From a virus (taxonomy: Duplodnaviria; Caudoviricetes), in the IMG/VR virus record IMGVR_UViG_3300037313_001869, positions 32,001-96,000 of that record: a stretch of 64,000 nucleotides of DNA; one strand, written 5' to 3'. The notes under the pieces are model-generated. The model was not told the origin of the DNA and did not search any database. It saw nothing but the letters and a program-made list of their open reading frames with translations. Positions 9,315 through 19,526 of this stretch are shown piece by piece. Each line of letters opens with the position of its first letter. The first letter of the stretch is position 1. The position numbers and the translations under genes are program-made.

Positions 9315-10281
9315 GGACCCAGCCCGCGGGCTTCTCCGGGTCGAGCAGGATCGCCCGGTTGCCGTTCGGGTCGTCCTTCCGATCGTTCAGGCTGTGCTGG
9401 ACGTTCAGCCAGAAGCGGATCTTCATCTTCGGTTTGTAGTGCAGCACCCAGAGCTTGCGCGTCCAGCCGTCCTCGCACACCTCCTGCCGCATCACCTGGT
9501 TGCCGGCGATGTGAAAGAGGATGTCCTCGGGCAGGTGGTAGATGTGCCGGTGCTCGCGCCCGTCAGCCTTCACCTTGAAGGCCACGGTGCCCTTCTTGCC
9601 CTTGTGCGGCCCCGAGCGGAAGGTGCCTTCCATCGTGAGCACCACGAGGAACTTCGCACCATCGTGCTCGACGACCTCGGCGAAGGGGTGCGCCCTCGTC
9701 GCCACGGCCTTCTTCATCAGCTCGGCGATCGGCCCGTCCTCACGAAGGAACGGGTGGACCTCGAAGCCCGTGGGGGGCTGAAGGAGGAAGTCATCGGGCA
9801 GAAGCTCTTCGGACGCGGAGGGCTTCGGGTTTTCGTGTGCCTGCGTCAGGAAGTCTTCGGGCGTGCCCAAGGCCGGCGGGGGCGGAGCGTCGGGCGGCGA
9901 CCGGTCGATCATCACGCCGTCGTCTTCGGGCAGCTCCCGCAGGAGACTCCGCACGAGGATCTGCGGCTCGCCGATGGCCGCGAGAGCCTCGTTGATCGTC
10001 TGGAGGGCCCGGAGCATCTGGCCGTCGAGGTTCTCTCGGCCCTTCTCGCCCACGGCGGGGGACTGTCCGGCCGTCGTGCAGCGCTGCCGGTACTGGGCGA
10101 GGAACTTGCGGAACGACTCGCGAGCCTTGTCTTTGTCGAGTCCCACCATGTCCTGGTAGAACGAGGAGACGAGGCACTGGAGCAAGAGCCGCACGCTCTG
10201 AGACTGGGTGCCGGCCGATCGCGAGGGTCGGGAAGCGCCGGAAGGGGCGTCTTCCCTGCTGGAAACAGGGGAGGTCTGCAT
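9292..10281 (-). CDS. hypothetical protein
   Basis: 329-aa ORF with phage-like codon bias. Confidence 0.75.
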   Translation of the reverse strand: MQTSPVSSREDAPSGASRPSRSAGTQSQSVRLLLQCLVSSFYQDMVGLDKDKARESFRKFLAQYRQRCTTAGQSPAVGEKGRENLDGQMLRALQTINEALAAIGEPQILVRSLLRELPEDDGVMIDRSPPDAPPPPALGTPEDFLTQAHENPKPSASEELLPDDFLLQPPTGFEVHPFLREDGPIAELMKKAVATRAHPFAEVVEHDGAKFLVVLTMEGTFRSGPHKGKKGTVAFKVKADGREHRHIYHLPEDILFHIAGNQVMRQEVCEDGWTRKLWVLHYKPKMKIRFWLNVQHSLNDRKDDPNGNRAILLDPEKPAGWVLIDPSMY

Positions 10282-10421
10282 GGTACGCGAGCTATCCTTG
10301 TGGTTCGCGGTGCAAGCGAGGGGCGGCGTGGAACCACGGTCACGCGCCCTGACCCCTACCTTGACACCGGTTGGGCCCAGGGCGCAAGGAGGATCGCTCG
10401 GGCGCGGTGTCTATCGTTCCA

Positions 10422-10988
10422 ATGCCAGACTTCTACCCAGGGGGAATCGTCTTCGAGCGCGGCACGGGTGCGCGGGGGTTCGTCCTCGACTCGATCGACA
10501 GGGACACGAGCAACCCCGAGGCCGAAATGCGGGTTTGCTACACCTCCGGGGACCGGCCGATCTACCGGCACGTTCGGGTCTCGAACTGGGAGATGGCCCC
10601 TCGGTCCCGCTACGACCGGCTCCTCGAACCCGATGGCCCCGATGGGTGCTGGCACGGGGTGCGGCCGAAGTGGTTTCTCTGGCAGGGGCCCCAGGGCTTC
10701 TACCCGATCAACGTCACGTCCGACCTCCCTTTGCAGAAGGTGGCTGGTAAGGGGGACTTCTGGGCCTTCCGGGCCCCGCGTGGCTTCTTTCGGGTGAAGA
10801 CCCTGTGCAAGAAGTCGGTCTACCGGATAGGCTACGTCCGTCTTATCGAGCCCAACTACTACGCCGTCTGGCCCGTGGGGCCTCAGGCTACCCCTGGGGC
10901 AAAATGGAAGAGCTGGGTAACCCGGGCGCTCTCGCGCGTCGGTGTAAAGACGGTACCCTATGCCTACCACCTGGAATCTGCACTTTGA
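10422..10988 (+). CDS. hypothetical protein with internal RYDR motif
   Basis: CGGTGTC 10 nt upstream; PRSRYDRLL after the first module. Confidence 0.7.
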   Translation: MPDFYPGGIVFERGTGARGFVLDSIDRDTSNPEAEMRVCYTSGDRPIYRHVRVSNWEMAPRSRYDRLLEPDGPDGCWHGVRPKWFLWQGPQGFYPINVTSDLPLQKVAGKGDFWAFRAPRGFFRVKTLCKKSVYRIGYVRLIEPNYYAVWPVGPQATPGAKWKSWVTRALSRVGVKTVPYAYHLESAL

Positions 10989-11859
10989 CGGCGAGACGCT
11001 CAACGAGCGGATCGAGTGTCGAGGCGAGGTCGAGCACCTTCGAGGCCACCCCGACGTAGAAGGCGTCGAGGTCGAGGCCCGTGAGGCGTGCTTCCACCTG
11101 ACCGTGACCTTTCGAGAAGGGGTCGAGCCGAAGCCCCGACTTCGACAGCGTTACGACCGCAGGTTCTCGACCGAATGCACTCGGTACGTTCCGCGACCGT
11201 GGCGGTCTCCTACGGATCGACAACGAGACGGCATCATCCGTCGAGCGCTTGCTACTCCCGAGGGTAGACAGCGACTCGCCGCGTCCATGGTCAATCCGAT
11301 CCGAACGCGGATCGACTACCAGAGCGTTGCCCGGCGAGCTTTCCTGGTCGAGCCGCTCCAGACCGGGGCTCTGCCCACGTACGATCGGGACCAGGAGCTA
11401 AACAGCTACGACCTCGGGACGGCACCCAGGCGCGTCCAGGTCCCGAATTTCGAGCTGGCCGCGAACCCGACGGTCCAACTGGCTGACATCCGGGAGCGCC
11501 GCTTCAACCTCATCGACCGGGCCACGTCCCGGACCGTCCAGCAGATCCAGGCGACCGAGGATCAGGAAGTCTTCTCGGCCCTCGACACGGCGACGCAAGA
11601 CCTGGTGGTCGAGCCGTTCCAGCAGCTCACGCGCGAGGCCCTCGAAGAGGTGCAGGCCCTCATCAACGCGCAGAGCATCCCCTCTTCGTCGCTCTTCATG
11701 GCAGGCGTTGACCACGGCGATCTGATCAGGTCCCTTCGGCTCCCGAACGAATACCTGCCTCCGGAGAACCCTTGCGCCGAGCAGGCTCTCGAAGCTTCCG
11801 GCCCGGAGCTTCCCCCGGTCCCGAGCCGGTTCGATCGGGTGCTGGAAATGGCGGCCTGA
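10960..11859 (+). CDS. major capsid protein-like (truncated paralog) with RFDR tag
   Basis: ALATPEGRQRLAASMVNPIRTRIDYQSVARRAFLVEPL...VPNFELAANP...RRFNLIDRA recalls large-phage HK97-fold capsid proteins; ends PSRFDRVLEMAA. Confidence 0.55.
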   Translation: MPTTWNLHFDGETLNERIECRGEVEHLRGHPDVEGVEVEAREACFHLTVTFREGVEPKPRLRQRYDRRFSTECTRYVPRPWRSPTDRQRDGIIRRALATPEGRQRLAASMVNPIRTRIDYQSVARRAFLVEPLQTGALPTYDRDQELNSYDLGTAPRRVQVPNFELAANPTVQLADIRERRFNLIDRATSRTVQQIQATEDQEVFSALDTATQDLVVEPFQQLTREALEEVQALINAQSIPSSSLFMAGVDHGDLIRSLRLPNEYLPPENPCAEQALEASGPELPPVPSRFDRVLEMAA

Positions 11860-11865
11860 AACGCC

Positions 11866-11890
11866 GAAGGGGCCCATCGGGCCCCTTCTT
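11866..11890. terminator. terminator hairpin
   Basis: GAAGGGGCCC-ATC-GGGCCCCTTC between convergent genes. Confidence 0.65.
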
Positions 11891-11891
11891 C

Positions 11892-13187
11892 TCAGCTTGC
11901 AAGCTGCGGCGTTTCTTGGAGCTGGACCTCGCCGCTCGGGGCCGCGACCACCTTCGGTTTGCGGGTGCGCTTGGGCTTCGGGGTCTCGGTCTTGGTGGGG
12001 TCCACGGCCCCTTCCTTGGCGAGGGTGTCCTTGACGGCAGGCTTGGTGCCCGTGGCTTCGCCCTTGATCTCGTGCATCTCGTCGATGGCTGCGAGCACCT
12101 CGGCGAACGAGTCGTAGTTGAGCTGCTCGGCCGCCTCACGCAGGTAGTCCTGCGACATGCCCTCGGTCTTCTCGACCAGGAGGTTCAGCTCCTTATCCGA
12201 GAGCTTGCCCTCGGGGAGGTAGCCGGAGAGCACGACCCTGCGCTCGGCCGGCGTCGGAAGCTTGAAGCGCCGCACGAGAAGCCGGCCCGGCCGGACGAAG
12301 CCAGGGTCCATGCCCTTGGCCGAGTTGGCCGTGAGGATGATGGTCGTCTCGGGGTGCGTCGCCTTGACCCGTTCGAGGATCTCCAGGATGGTCGGCATGA
12401 CCTTGGCAAGATCGGCCTTGTCCACGTCGTCGAGGATCATCACGTCCGGGGCGAGCTGGGTCAGAAGGTCGCCGAACTCCTTCGCCCGGACATGCAGGAG
12501 CGAGGTCGCGTCCATCTTGCAGGTCCGGTAGCCAAGAGCCTCGGCGAACCGGAGCGCGAAGGTCGTCTTGCCCGTGCCCGGAGCGCCGAGAAAGAGGTAC
12601 GTCTTGGCGACGTTGTCCTTCAGGTACCGGAGGTGGCGGATCTGAAACGCCTTCAGGTCGCCCTGGGCCTTGCCGTAGAGCGGGTTGGCGCTCCGAGGGA
12701 ACGTCTCGTACTCGGTCTTCGTCCGCCACCCGTAGGACGAGACCGAGACATGAACCCGACCCTCGTGCTCGCCCCAGAAGCGCGCCATCACGGGTCCGAA
12801 CTGGAGGCCGGACGAGTAGTAGTAGTTCTCGTCGACCTCGCCGTTGCACGCGCTGAAGTAGAGGGTGCCCGAGCCGTCGAGCGCCGTCGCCTCGATCACC
12901 GTCTCGTACGGGGTGAGTGCGTAGCGCCGGGTCGAGAAGGAAGCGCCGAGCGGGGTCTTGAAGAAGAGGGTGACGAACTGCTCGCTCCGCCGGGGCTCGA
13001 AGCCCCGGTCGCGGGCCATTTCAGCGAGGCTTGTGTAGGAACCCATGCCGATCGAATGCACCGACTCGGCGATGGCTACAGCCTTGACGACCACCGCCAG
13101 CGGTCCGTCGTCCTTGGTCGGGAGCTTCTGGACGACATCGCTGGCGATCCTCAGAACTTTGCGGAGCTTGAGCGGGAGAATGAGCAT
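11892..13187 (-). CDS. AAA+ ATPase
   Basis: GAPGTGKT, ILDDVD, TAN, DPGFVRPGR. Confidence 0.9.
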   Translation of the reverse strand: MLILPLKLRKVLRIASDVVQKLPTKDDGPLAVVVKAVAIAESVHSIGMGSYTSLAEMARDRGFEPRRSEQFVTLFFKTPLGASFSTRRYALTPYETVIEATALDGSGTLYFSACNGEVDENYYYSSGLQFGPVMARFWGEHEGRVHVSVSSYGWRTKTEYETFPRSANPLYGKAQGDLKAFQIRHLRYLKDNVAKTYLFLGAPGTGKTTFALRFAEALGYRTCKMDATSLLHVRAKEFGDLLTQLAPDVMILDDVDKADLAKVMPTILEILERVKATHPETTIILTANSAKGMDPGFVRPGRLLVRRFKLPTPAERRVVLSGYLPEGKLSDKELNLLVEKTEGMSQDYLREAAEQLNYDSFAEVLAAIDEMHEIKGEATGTKPAVKDTLAKEGAVDPTKTETPKPKRTRKPKVVAAPSGEVQLQETPQLAS

Positions 13188-13217
13188 GGCCCGGTACTAC
13201 ACCGGGCCGAAGGGTCG

Positions 13218-14036
13218 CTACTTGCGCTTCCCTCCCTTTCTCAGGGCAGGGGGAAGGGTGAGCTGACGTGCGGCGTTCCGCTCGGCATCTTCCTTCTTCC
13301 ATTGCTCCCGCTGGGCCTTCGACTCGACCTCCCGCTGGCGCTCCTTCTCCCACTGCTTCTCGATGTACGCCTTGGTTTCGGCCTGCCGCCGGATGCGCTT
13401 GGTCTCCTCGGCGAACCGGTCCTTGAAGGCTTCGAGTGTGAAGCTCGGGTCGTGGGCGCGGACTTCCTCGGCGAGCTTGGCGAGCTTCTCCTCGTCCCCG
13501 AAACGGGCCGCGTCCCAGAGCGACAGCTCCCGCGAGAGCAGGGTCTCGACCTTGCTGATCTCTTCGCGAGTGTGGACGACCCCGCCTGTGTTGAAGTCGA
13601 GGTACCATTGGAGCACCTCGGCCCGGGTCTTCAGGTCGTTGACGTGCCACCGGATGCTGTGGTCGAAGGTGTGGAGCTTGTCCGTGAAGTCACCATAGAA
13701 GCTCCCGCCGAAGACCGAGACCTCGTTACGAAGGAAGGCACGGATCGCCGTGAGCCGCTGCTTGCCGTCCACGAGCACGTAGTCCGACCTGCCACCTGAG
13801 TTCCAGTCGGGGCAGTTGGTCTGGATGGCCCGGCCGGTCAGCCCGCCGCGGAGGCAGAACTCGATGTAGGCCGACTGTTGATCGCCGGTCCAGACGTGAG
13901 CACGCTGGAAATCGGGGTCGAGGTTGAGGCCGTTCTCGACTTGATGGTTCAGGTGCTCTTCGAGGTACGACCAGGGGATGTCGACGCCGTAGTTCGCCTG
14001 GCGCGTGAACTTCGGGATATCTTGGAAGCGGGGCAT
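13218..14036 (-). CDS. DUF262 (GmrS/ParB-like) domain protein
   Basis: PDFQRAHVW and VDGKQRLTAI motifs. Confidence 0.85.
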   Translation of the reverse strand: MPRFQDIPKFTRQANYGVDIPWSYLEEHLNHQVENGLNLDPDFQRAHVWTGDQQSAYIEFCLRGGLTGRAIQTNCPDWNSGGRSDYVLVDGKQRLTAIRAFLRNEVSVFGGSFYGDFTDKLHTFDHSIRWHVNDLKTRAEVLQWYLDFNTGGVVHTREEISKVETLLSRELSLWDAARFGDEEKLAKLAEEVRAHDPSFTLEAFKDRFAEETKRIRRQAETKAYIEKQWEKERQREVESKAQREQWKKEDAERNAARQLTLPPALRKGGKRK

Positions 14037-14038
14037 GG

Positions 14039-14389
14039 TTAGTTGCTCGGCCAGCGGGGCAGGTTGTGGGGCCGTGGTTCGTGCGTGATTGCAGCCTTTA
14101 TGTAGTCGTCGCCCTCTTTCCCGAGGAGCCCAGCGCCCCCGAAGGCGCAGGGCGTGGCCTCGTGGTTGAGGACCTCGGTGAGCCAGGCGATCGGGCTCAA
14201 GTTTTCGAGCCAGGGGTCGGGCAAGTAAGGGTTGACCTCGGGCCAGAGCATGTTTGCGATCTCGGCCGCCGTCGCCCGCCCCTCCCGGATCTCTCCGAAG
14301 ATCAACGTGTGACGAGGCGCCTCGCTGACGAGCCACCGAAGCTCTTTCGGCCCGGGCTTGTAGTTACCCGGTTCGCGCCGGGGGCTCAT
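14039..14389 (-). CDS. hypothetical protein
   Basis: Packed ORF with ATGA overlap. Confidence 0.7.
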   Translation of the reverse strand: MSPRREPGNYKPGPKELRWLVSEAPRHTLIFGEIREGRATAAEIANMLWPEVNPYLPDPWLENLSPIAWLTEVLNHEATPCAFGGAGLLGKEGDDYIKAAITHEPRPHNLPRWPSN

Positions 14390-15102
14390 GGGAGCCTCGG
14401 TAGCCGGACGTTCCAGCGCTTGCGGTCGCTCTCGGAGATCCGCTCGAAGAGCGTCCTGGCCTCGTCGATGGCCAGGCCCGCCTTCACACGGATCGTGGCG
14501 ATTTCGGTCTCCCTCGTGGTGATGGCCTCGGCGGTCAGCTCGCCCCGCAGGTTGTCGAGCGCCGTTTGCTTCGGGCCGATCATCGCGATGAGCTTGTTGG
14601 CCGCGTCGATCTTCGCGTTGCCTTCCCTCACGTTGGCCATGACCGCGGCCCGGGCCACCTGCATTTCCTTGAGGGACTTCTCCCAGGTCTCTTGCTCGGC
14701 CGAGACGAGCGGACGCTCGAAGGTCGGGTCACCGAACCAGAAGTGATCTTCGCCCTCGTTCTTGGCGACGTACTCGGCCATGGCCGAGAGAGTGTCGAAC
14801 GTGACGTACTCGGTCCGCCGGTCGCCACGGCAGCAGCCCCTCATGCAGCCCTCTTCGCCCGTCTTTGTTTCCAGCTTGTACTGGGCGCTCGTGTTGTAGG
14901 GGTCGAGAACGGCGTTCAGGTGCGTGACGATCTGCTCGGCTTCCTGTTCGGAGTCGGGCCAGACGACGGCCTTGGTCTCTTCCGAGAAGACCGTGGCGAC
15001 CATCACGGTGCAACGGCCTTCCTCGTTCTTCTCGTAGAAGAAGACGGCGCGGTTCTCGCTGTCGGCTTCCTGGCGGGCATCGGCGGGGGTCCTGCTTGGC
15101 AT
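14386..15102 (-). CDS. hypothetical coiled-coil protein
   Basis: GAGGAG RBS; packed in operon. Confidence 0.75.
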   Translation of the reverse strand: MPSRTPADARQEADSENRAVFFYEKNEEGRCTVMVATVFSEETKAVVWPDSEQEAEQIVTHLNAVLDPYNTSAQYKLETKTGEEGCMRGCCRGDRRTEYVTFDTLSAMAEYVAKNEGEDHFWFGDPTFERPLVSAEQETWEKSLKEMQVARAAVMANVREGNAKIDAANKLIAMIGPKQTALDNLRGELTAEAITTRETEIATIRVKAGLAIDEARTLFERISESDRKRWNVRLPRLP

Positions 15103-15320
15103 CACGTCTCCTCGGGGGTCTCGGGGCTGATGAAGATACAGAGGCAGTTGTCCGGGTTTCCTAGCTCGGCCCGCGTCTTCGCGGAAACGACGAGAAAGCC
15201 GCCCCGAAGGGCCACCCACCGACCCTGAAACCAGTGGCCGTAGTGGGCAGCCCAGCGTGTATTGGCGTGGAAGTCCCCCCGCCCCGACAAGGGGCGGAGG
15301 GACACGTTCGGTTTGCTCAT
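15102..15320 (-). CDS. DUF5678-like small protein
   Basis: FQGRWVALRGGFLVVSA motif. Confidence 0.55.
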   Translation of the reverse strand: MSKPNVSLRPLSGRGDFHANTRWAAHYGHWFQGRWVALRGGFLVVSAKTRAELGNPDNCLCIFISPETPEET

Positions 15321-15322
15321 GC

Positions 15323-17458
15323 TCACTCCGGGCCGTTGCCGACCTGCCGGTGGTACTTGCGGCAGATGAGAGCGGCCAGCTCCCACTGCTTCTCGGTCCA
15401 CCCGTACACCGAGTCGGCCGCGAGCCGGTGACCGCGGATCGTGTCGCCGCCGTCGAAACCCATGTCGTTCTTGGTGCCGGCGTGGTCGGGGTCGAGGTGG
15501 GCGAGGAGGCGGAGCGACTCGACCATCCACATCTCGCGGGGGTTCTGCGGAGCACGGCGGACAGGCACGTCCGCCGACGGGGCCGACGACACCTCGGGGG
15601 TGAGGAACTCGCCCCGGGCCCGCTTCGCCTCGAAGAAGCGGCGGCGCTCTTCGGCCTCGGCCCTCGCCTTGTCGGCTGCCGCTGCCTGCTCCTCGGCCGC
15701 CCGGGCGAGCGCCTCGAAGTCGATCTCGGGCACCGACGCCGTGGGCATCACATTGGTGGCGCTGTCGACCGAGGCCGCGATGAGCGCCTGCTTCTGGGTG
15801 AGAAGCTCCGAGACCCTCTCATCGATCGGGTGATCAGCGACCAGGTTGTAGACCACGACGCCGTTGGTCTGGCCGATGCGGCAGCAGCGGTCTTCCGCCT
15901 GGCTGTTGAGGGCCGGAGTCCACTCGCGGTCGACGAAGATTTCGATGTGAGCCCTCGTGAGGGTGATCGCGACGCCCATCGCCTTGATGGTGCCGGCGAC
16001 GCCCCGGAGCCTGCCGTTCTGGAAGGCTTCCTCGATCGCCGTCCGCTCTTCGGGCTTGGTGTCGCCCGTGATGACGGCCCAGCCCTCACGGCCCTTGAAC
16101 ATGTCGACCGGCTCCCGGTGCGCCGAGAAGACCACGATGGGCTCGTCCTGCTCCTCGTAGCCCTCGACCATTTCGAGCAGGGCGCCCATCTTGCACTTGG
16201 CGAGGGCCGCCCGCATGGCGGACATTTGCTCGAAGGCCGCCATGGTCTTCGGCAGGCCCTTCGAGAGGTCGATGCCCATCTCGGCGAGAGCCTTCGCGGT
16301 CTTCTCGCAGAGCTTCCGGGTCTTGGAGTCGATCTCGACCGTGATCGTGCTCCAGCTCTTCGTCGGCAGCTCGGGCAGGACCTCCGAACGGAGCCTGCGG
16401 AGAATGACCCGGCGGAGCCTGTCGGCCACCTCGGGCTTGGGCGTGCCCCAGACCATGCCGCCCCACGAGTCCTGGTGGCCGTTGAACAGCTCGACGAACT
16501 GCCGGTAGGAGCCGAACGCCTCGCGGGCGAGGTCCCCGGCCTGGAGGATGTTCCACAGCTCTTGCGGCTTGTTCAGCATGGGCGTGGCCGTGAGCATCCA
16601 CACCCGGCCGCCGGCCTCCCTCGCTGCCTCCGACAGGGCCCGGAAGCGGATCGTGCGCTGGGTCTTCGAGCCCTTGATGACGTGGGACTCGTCCGAGAGC
16701 AGGCAGAGGCCCGCGGGGGCCGGGCCCACCTCGGTCGGGAGGATGTCGTAGTTGATGATGACCAGCTCGCCCGGCTCGGGGTGGCGGTAGCTACCGCGGC
16801 CTGAGAGGACCGTGACGCGGAAGTCGGGGCGCCACTTCTGGGCCTCGCGGGCCCAGACGCCCTTCGCGACAGCCGGAGCCACGACCACGACCGGTACGCC
16901 CTCGGGCAAGCTGGTGAGGGCCTGGATCGTCTTACCGAGACCCATCTCGTCGCTCAGCATCGCGCCCGAACGGCCGGCGAGCCAGGCGATGCCCTTCTTC
17001 TGGAAGGGGAAGAGGGCGAGGTTACGGGCCCGGAGCCTCGCGTCGACCTCGGCCGCCCTCTCGTAGGCGCTCTCGACCGACTCGCGCATCGATTCGACCG
17101 TGGCCGAGAGGGTCGCGGCGAGTGACGGGGGCATGTCCACCACGAAGCCGGCCTCGTGCAGCTTGGCCACGATCGCCGGGGTCTTGGCGAGGGGCGCGAC
17201 CTGGCACTTGCGAATGCCGTCGTATTTAGCCCCCTCGCACGCCGCCCGGTAGGCGTCGAACTGGTCGTTCAGGTAGCCCGTCGGCTTGATGACGACGTTC
17301 GCCCCCTCCTGGGTGAGCTGGATCTTGACGGCCGGGGCTTCGCCCGAGCACTTCTGGCACGTCACCTTCCAGGCGCCGTTCTCCTTGGCGAGCGAGCCCT
17401 CGCCAGCGGCGACGTTGTTTCCACAGACCTTGCAGGGGGCAGGCATACGGTTCTTCAT
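15323..17458 (-). CDS. SNF2-family helicase/ATPase
   Basis: LSDEMGLGKT, SDESH, LTATP, QAEDRCCRIGQ; own RBS (AGAGGA) and ATG at 17458. Confidence 0.9.
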   Translation of the reverse strand: MKNRMPAPCKVCGNNVAAGEGSLAKENGAWKVTCQKCSGEAPAVKIQLTQEGANVVIKPTGYLNDQFDAYRAACEGAKYDGIRKCQVAPLAKTPAIVAKLHEAGFVVDMPPSLAATLSATVESMRESVESAYERAAEVDARLRARNLALFPFQKKGIAWLAGRSGAMLSDEMGLGKTIQALTSLPEGVPVVVVAPAVAKGVWAREAQKWRPDFRVTVLSGRGSYRHPEPGELVIINYDILPTEVGPAPAGLCLLSDESHVIKGSKTQRTIRFRALSEAAREAGGRVWMLTATPMLNKPQELWNILQAGDLAREAFGSYRQFVELFNGHQDSWGGMVWGTPKPEVADRLRRVILRRLRSEVLPELPTKSWSTITVEIDSKTRKLCEKTAKALAEMGIDLSKGLPKTMAAFEQMSAMRAALAKCKMGALLEMVEGYEEQDEPIVVFSAHREPVDMFKGREGWAVITGDTKPEERTAIEEAFQNGRLRGVAGTIKAMGVAITLTRAHIEIFVDREWTPALNSQAEDRCCRIGQTNGVVVYNLVADHPIDERVSELLTQKQALIAASVDSATNVMPTASVPEIDFEALARAAEEQAAAADKARAEAEERRRFFEAKRARGEFLTPEVSSAPSADVPVRRAPQNPREMWMVESLRLLAHLDPDHAGTKNDMGFDGGDTIRGHRLAADSVYGWTEKQWELAALICRKYHRQVGNGPE

Positions 17459-17524
17459 GGTTTCCTCTGGACGATCGAGCGGACCGTCTTTTTCCAAGAA
17501 TGCGAAGCCGTCTCCGTTCTGACG

Positions 17525-17809
17525 TAACTTCGGGTCGTCCTGGTCGATCAGGTCTTCGAGGATCGCGATGACCATGCGTTCGTATCGGCCGACCTCCTCC
17601 CGATGCAGCAGCTCGATCACCGGGAGCTTGCGCTTGCGCTCCTCGATCGTGTCGCGGGCCGTGAACGAGAGGAGGGGGTTTGGGCTGTAGTCGGCCGTCG
17701 GGGTCGTGACGGCCAGGATCTCAGCCTCGCCCGACTCGACGAACATGCCGAGGGAAGAGCAGGCGTCCTTCAGGTGCCAGAACAGCTCGGATGCCTCGGC
17801 CTTGGTCAC
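17525..17809 (-). CDS. hypothetical protein (ends at TTA)
   Basis: In-frame TTA at 17527-17525, followed by a spacer and the helicase RBS/ATG. Confidence 0.65.
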
Positions 17810-18012
17810 TTGGTGACCTCGGAAGAGGGGGCGGCCCCCTTCTCCTTCTCAAGCACCTCTTTCAGGTGCCAACGGTACTCCTGCCGGACCATGGCTTGGG
17901 TCGAGCACGACTCTTCCCAGCCGCACTCACAACGGCCGGTCGACGACCGCTCCGAGAGCTTGCGCTCTGTCCCGGGGGTCAGGTCGAGTTTGTGGCCTTT
18001 CAGGCGCATCAC
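17806..18012 (-). CDS. small CxC/H protein
   Basis: Overlapping starts/stops; CECGW...WHL. Confidence 0.65.
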   Translation of the reverse strand: MMRLKGHKLDLTPGTERKLSERSSTGRCECGWEESCSTQAMVRQEYRWHLKEVLEKEKGAAPSSEVTK

Positions 18013-18200
18013 TTCATCCCCCAGCGCTTGCGCACCTCGGCCGGCGTGGCCCGGCCCGCGTGCAGGTCTTCGATGTCCTGGGGAGGGCCGCTGGCGACGA
18101 CCACGCTTCCCACCATCTCCCCGTCCCAGATCACCTCGACGATCAGCCGGGCCTTGTGCTCGCTCAGGCGGTCGACTTTCGTGTTTGTCGTGACGTTCAT
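18009..18200 (-). CDS. hypothetical protein
   Basis: Packed in operon. Confidence 0.65.
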   Translation of the reverse strand: MNVTTNTKVDRLSEHKARLIVEVIWDGEMVGSVVVASGPPQDIEDLHAGRATPAEVRKRWGMK

Positions 18201-18211
18201 GACGTAGCCTT

Positions 18212-18697
18212 TCAGTTGGTGAAGACGAAGCCGAGATCGGCCAGGTCGTCGAAATCGACGGGTTCGCTCGCCTTCAGGAGAGCGAGGTCTTCCTGGGCCT
18301 CTTTCACCGTGGCGTAGAACTTCGAGTAGCTCACGTCGTCGTTGCCGCAGAGGTAGAGGCAGACAGGCGTAGCCGAGGTGACAGCGTGGATGCCCGTGGG
18401 GGCCGAATGCCGGGCCTTGCGCTTCTTGCCGGGGGTATCCCGGTAGATGCTGCGCCGGGCCCGATCGGCGCTCTTGCGGTAGTAGTCGTCGTTCCGCCGG
18501 GGCAGGTCGGTACCCGTGTAGTCCGTCAGCTTGAAGAAGGCGTAGTCCCCCGGGAAGGGCCCGCCCCAGCTCGCAGCGCCCTCGCCGAAGCGGAGCATTC
18601 CGGTCTCGATGACGCCCTTTCCGTAGGTGAGACCGAGCCTCGTCAGGTAGTCCCGGTACTCATCGCCGTGGGCTTGGAGGTATTCGAGGATCGTCAT
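18212..18697 (-). CDS. hypothetical protein
   Basis: Packed in operon, codon bias. Confidence 0.75.
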   Translation of the reverse strand: MTILEYLQAHGDEYRDYLTRLGLTYGKGVIETGMLRFGEGAASWGGPFPGDYAFFKLTDYTGTDLPRRNDDYYRKSADRARRSIYRDTPGKKRKARHSAPTGIHAVTSATPVCLYLCGNDDVSYSKFYATVKEAQEDLALLKASEPVDFDDLADLGFVFTN

Positions 18698-18700
18698 GGG

Positions 18701-19012
18701 TCAGCCCATCCCGAAGCAAAGGACGCCCTTGGCCCACTCGGGGGCCTCATCGAGCGCCGTGATCGTGTAGTTTCCGTCCGGGTCTTCCTCGGCCTTGAAC
18801 CACCACGCCTCGGCCTCGGGCAGGATGCCGGCCATGATGCCGGGCGGCACCTTCTCGATGACCGCGTGGGTGTAGGTGTTCGACTCGAAGAAGAGGTCGG
18901 CGCCCTCGCCGCTGATGGCCGCAACGGCCTCTTCTTTCGTGGGGTACCAGCCCCAGCAGCGCGTATCGGCAGCCGTGTTGAGGGCCGTGACCGTGTAGAT
19001 GGCTGAGATCAT
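18701..19012 (-). CDS. hypothetical phage protein
   Basis: ATGA overlap; TRCWGWY..E.A motif. Confidence 0.75.
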   Translation of the reverse strand: MISAIYTVTALNTAADTRCWGWYPTKEEAVAAISGEGADLFFESNTYTHAVIEKVPPGIMAGILPEAEAWWFKAEEDPDGNYTITALDEAPEWAKGVLCFGMG

Positions 19013-19314
19013 GGTTTCTGTTGTTCCCGCTCTTCTTCGAGGATGGCTTCGTGCTCGGCAGCCCGGCGTTCCACGTCCGCAACCTCTTCGGGCGACTTGG
19101 GCCAGGCGATCATGGGGTGTCCGGCCGCCTCGTTGGCGGCCCAGTACCGGCGGATCTCGTAGGCGTCGACCAGCGCCCGGCTGTACGTGTAGGCGTTCCA
19201 GGGGCAGTAGCGGCACGAGAGACCGTCGAGACCCCTCGCTCGCAGGTGATGACGTACGCCCTTCTTCTTGCAATCGGGGCATACGTCGTAGGGCCGGTGA
19301 TGGTAGGCGGTCAC
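19009..19314 (-). CDS. zinc-ribbon protein
   Basis: CPDC...CRYC; GTGA overlap. Confidence 0.7.
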   Translation of the reverse strand: MTAYHHRPYDVCPDCKKKGVRHHLRARGLDGLSCRYCPWNAYTYSRALVDAYEIRRYWAANEAAGHPMIAWPKSPEEVADVERRAAEHEAILEEEREQQKP

Positions 19315-19526
19315 GCCCGCTCCTTGCGCCACTTGCGGAAGTCCTTCAGCCGGTCGAGGTTCAGGATCGTCTCTTTGCGGGCTAGGAAGAAGTCCCGGCC
19401 CCGGGCGAAGAGGTAGGGCAGAGCCGCCTCGGTTTGCGCGATCATCGCGTCCAGCTCCTCGTCGGTGAGCCCGTCGCCCCTTCCGAACTTCTCCCATGCT
19501 TCGTTCATCTGCGTTTCGGTCAGCAT
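19311..19526 (-). CDS. hypothetical protein
   Basis: GAGGAG RBS. Confidence 0.7.
   Translation of the reverse strand: MLTETQMNEAWEKFGRGDGLTDEELDAMIAQTEAALPYLFARGRDFFLARKETILNLDRLKDFRKWRKERA

Noticed and set aside
11772-16804. Long plus-strand ORFs (675 aa, 515 aa) and similar antisense ORFs elsewhere
   Set aside because: High-GC antisense shadows of motif-bearing genes (AAA, DUF262, SNF2)
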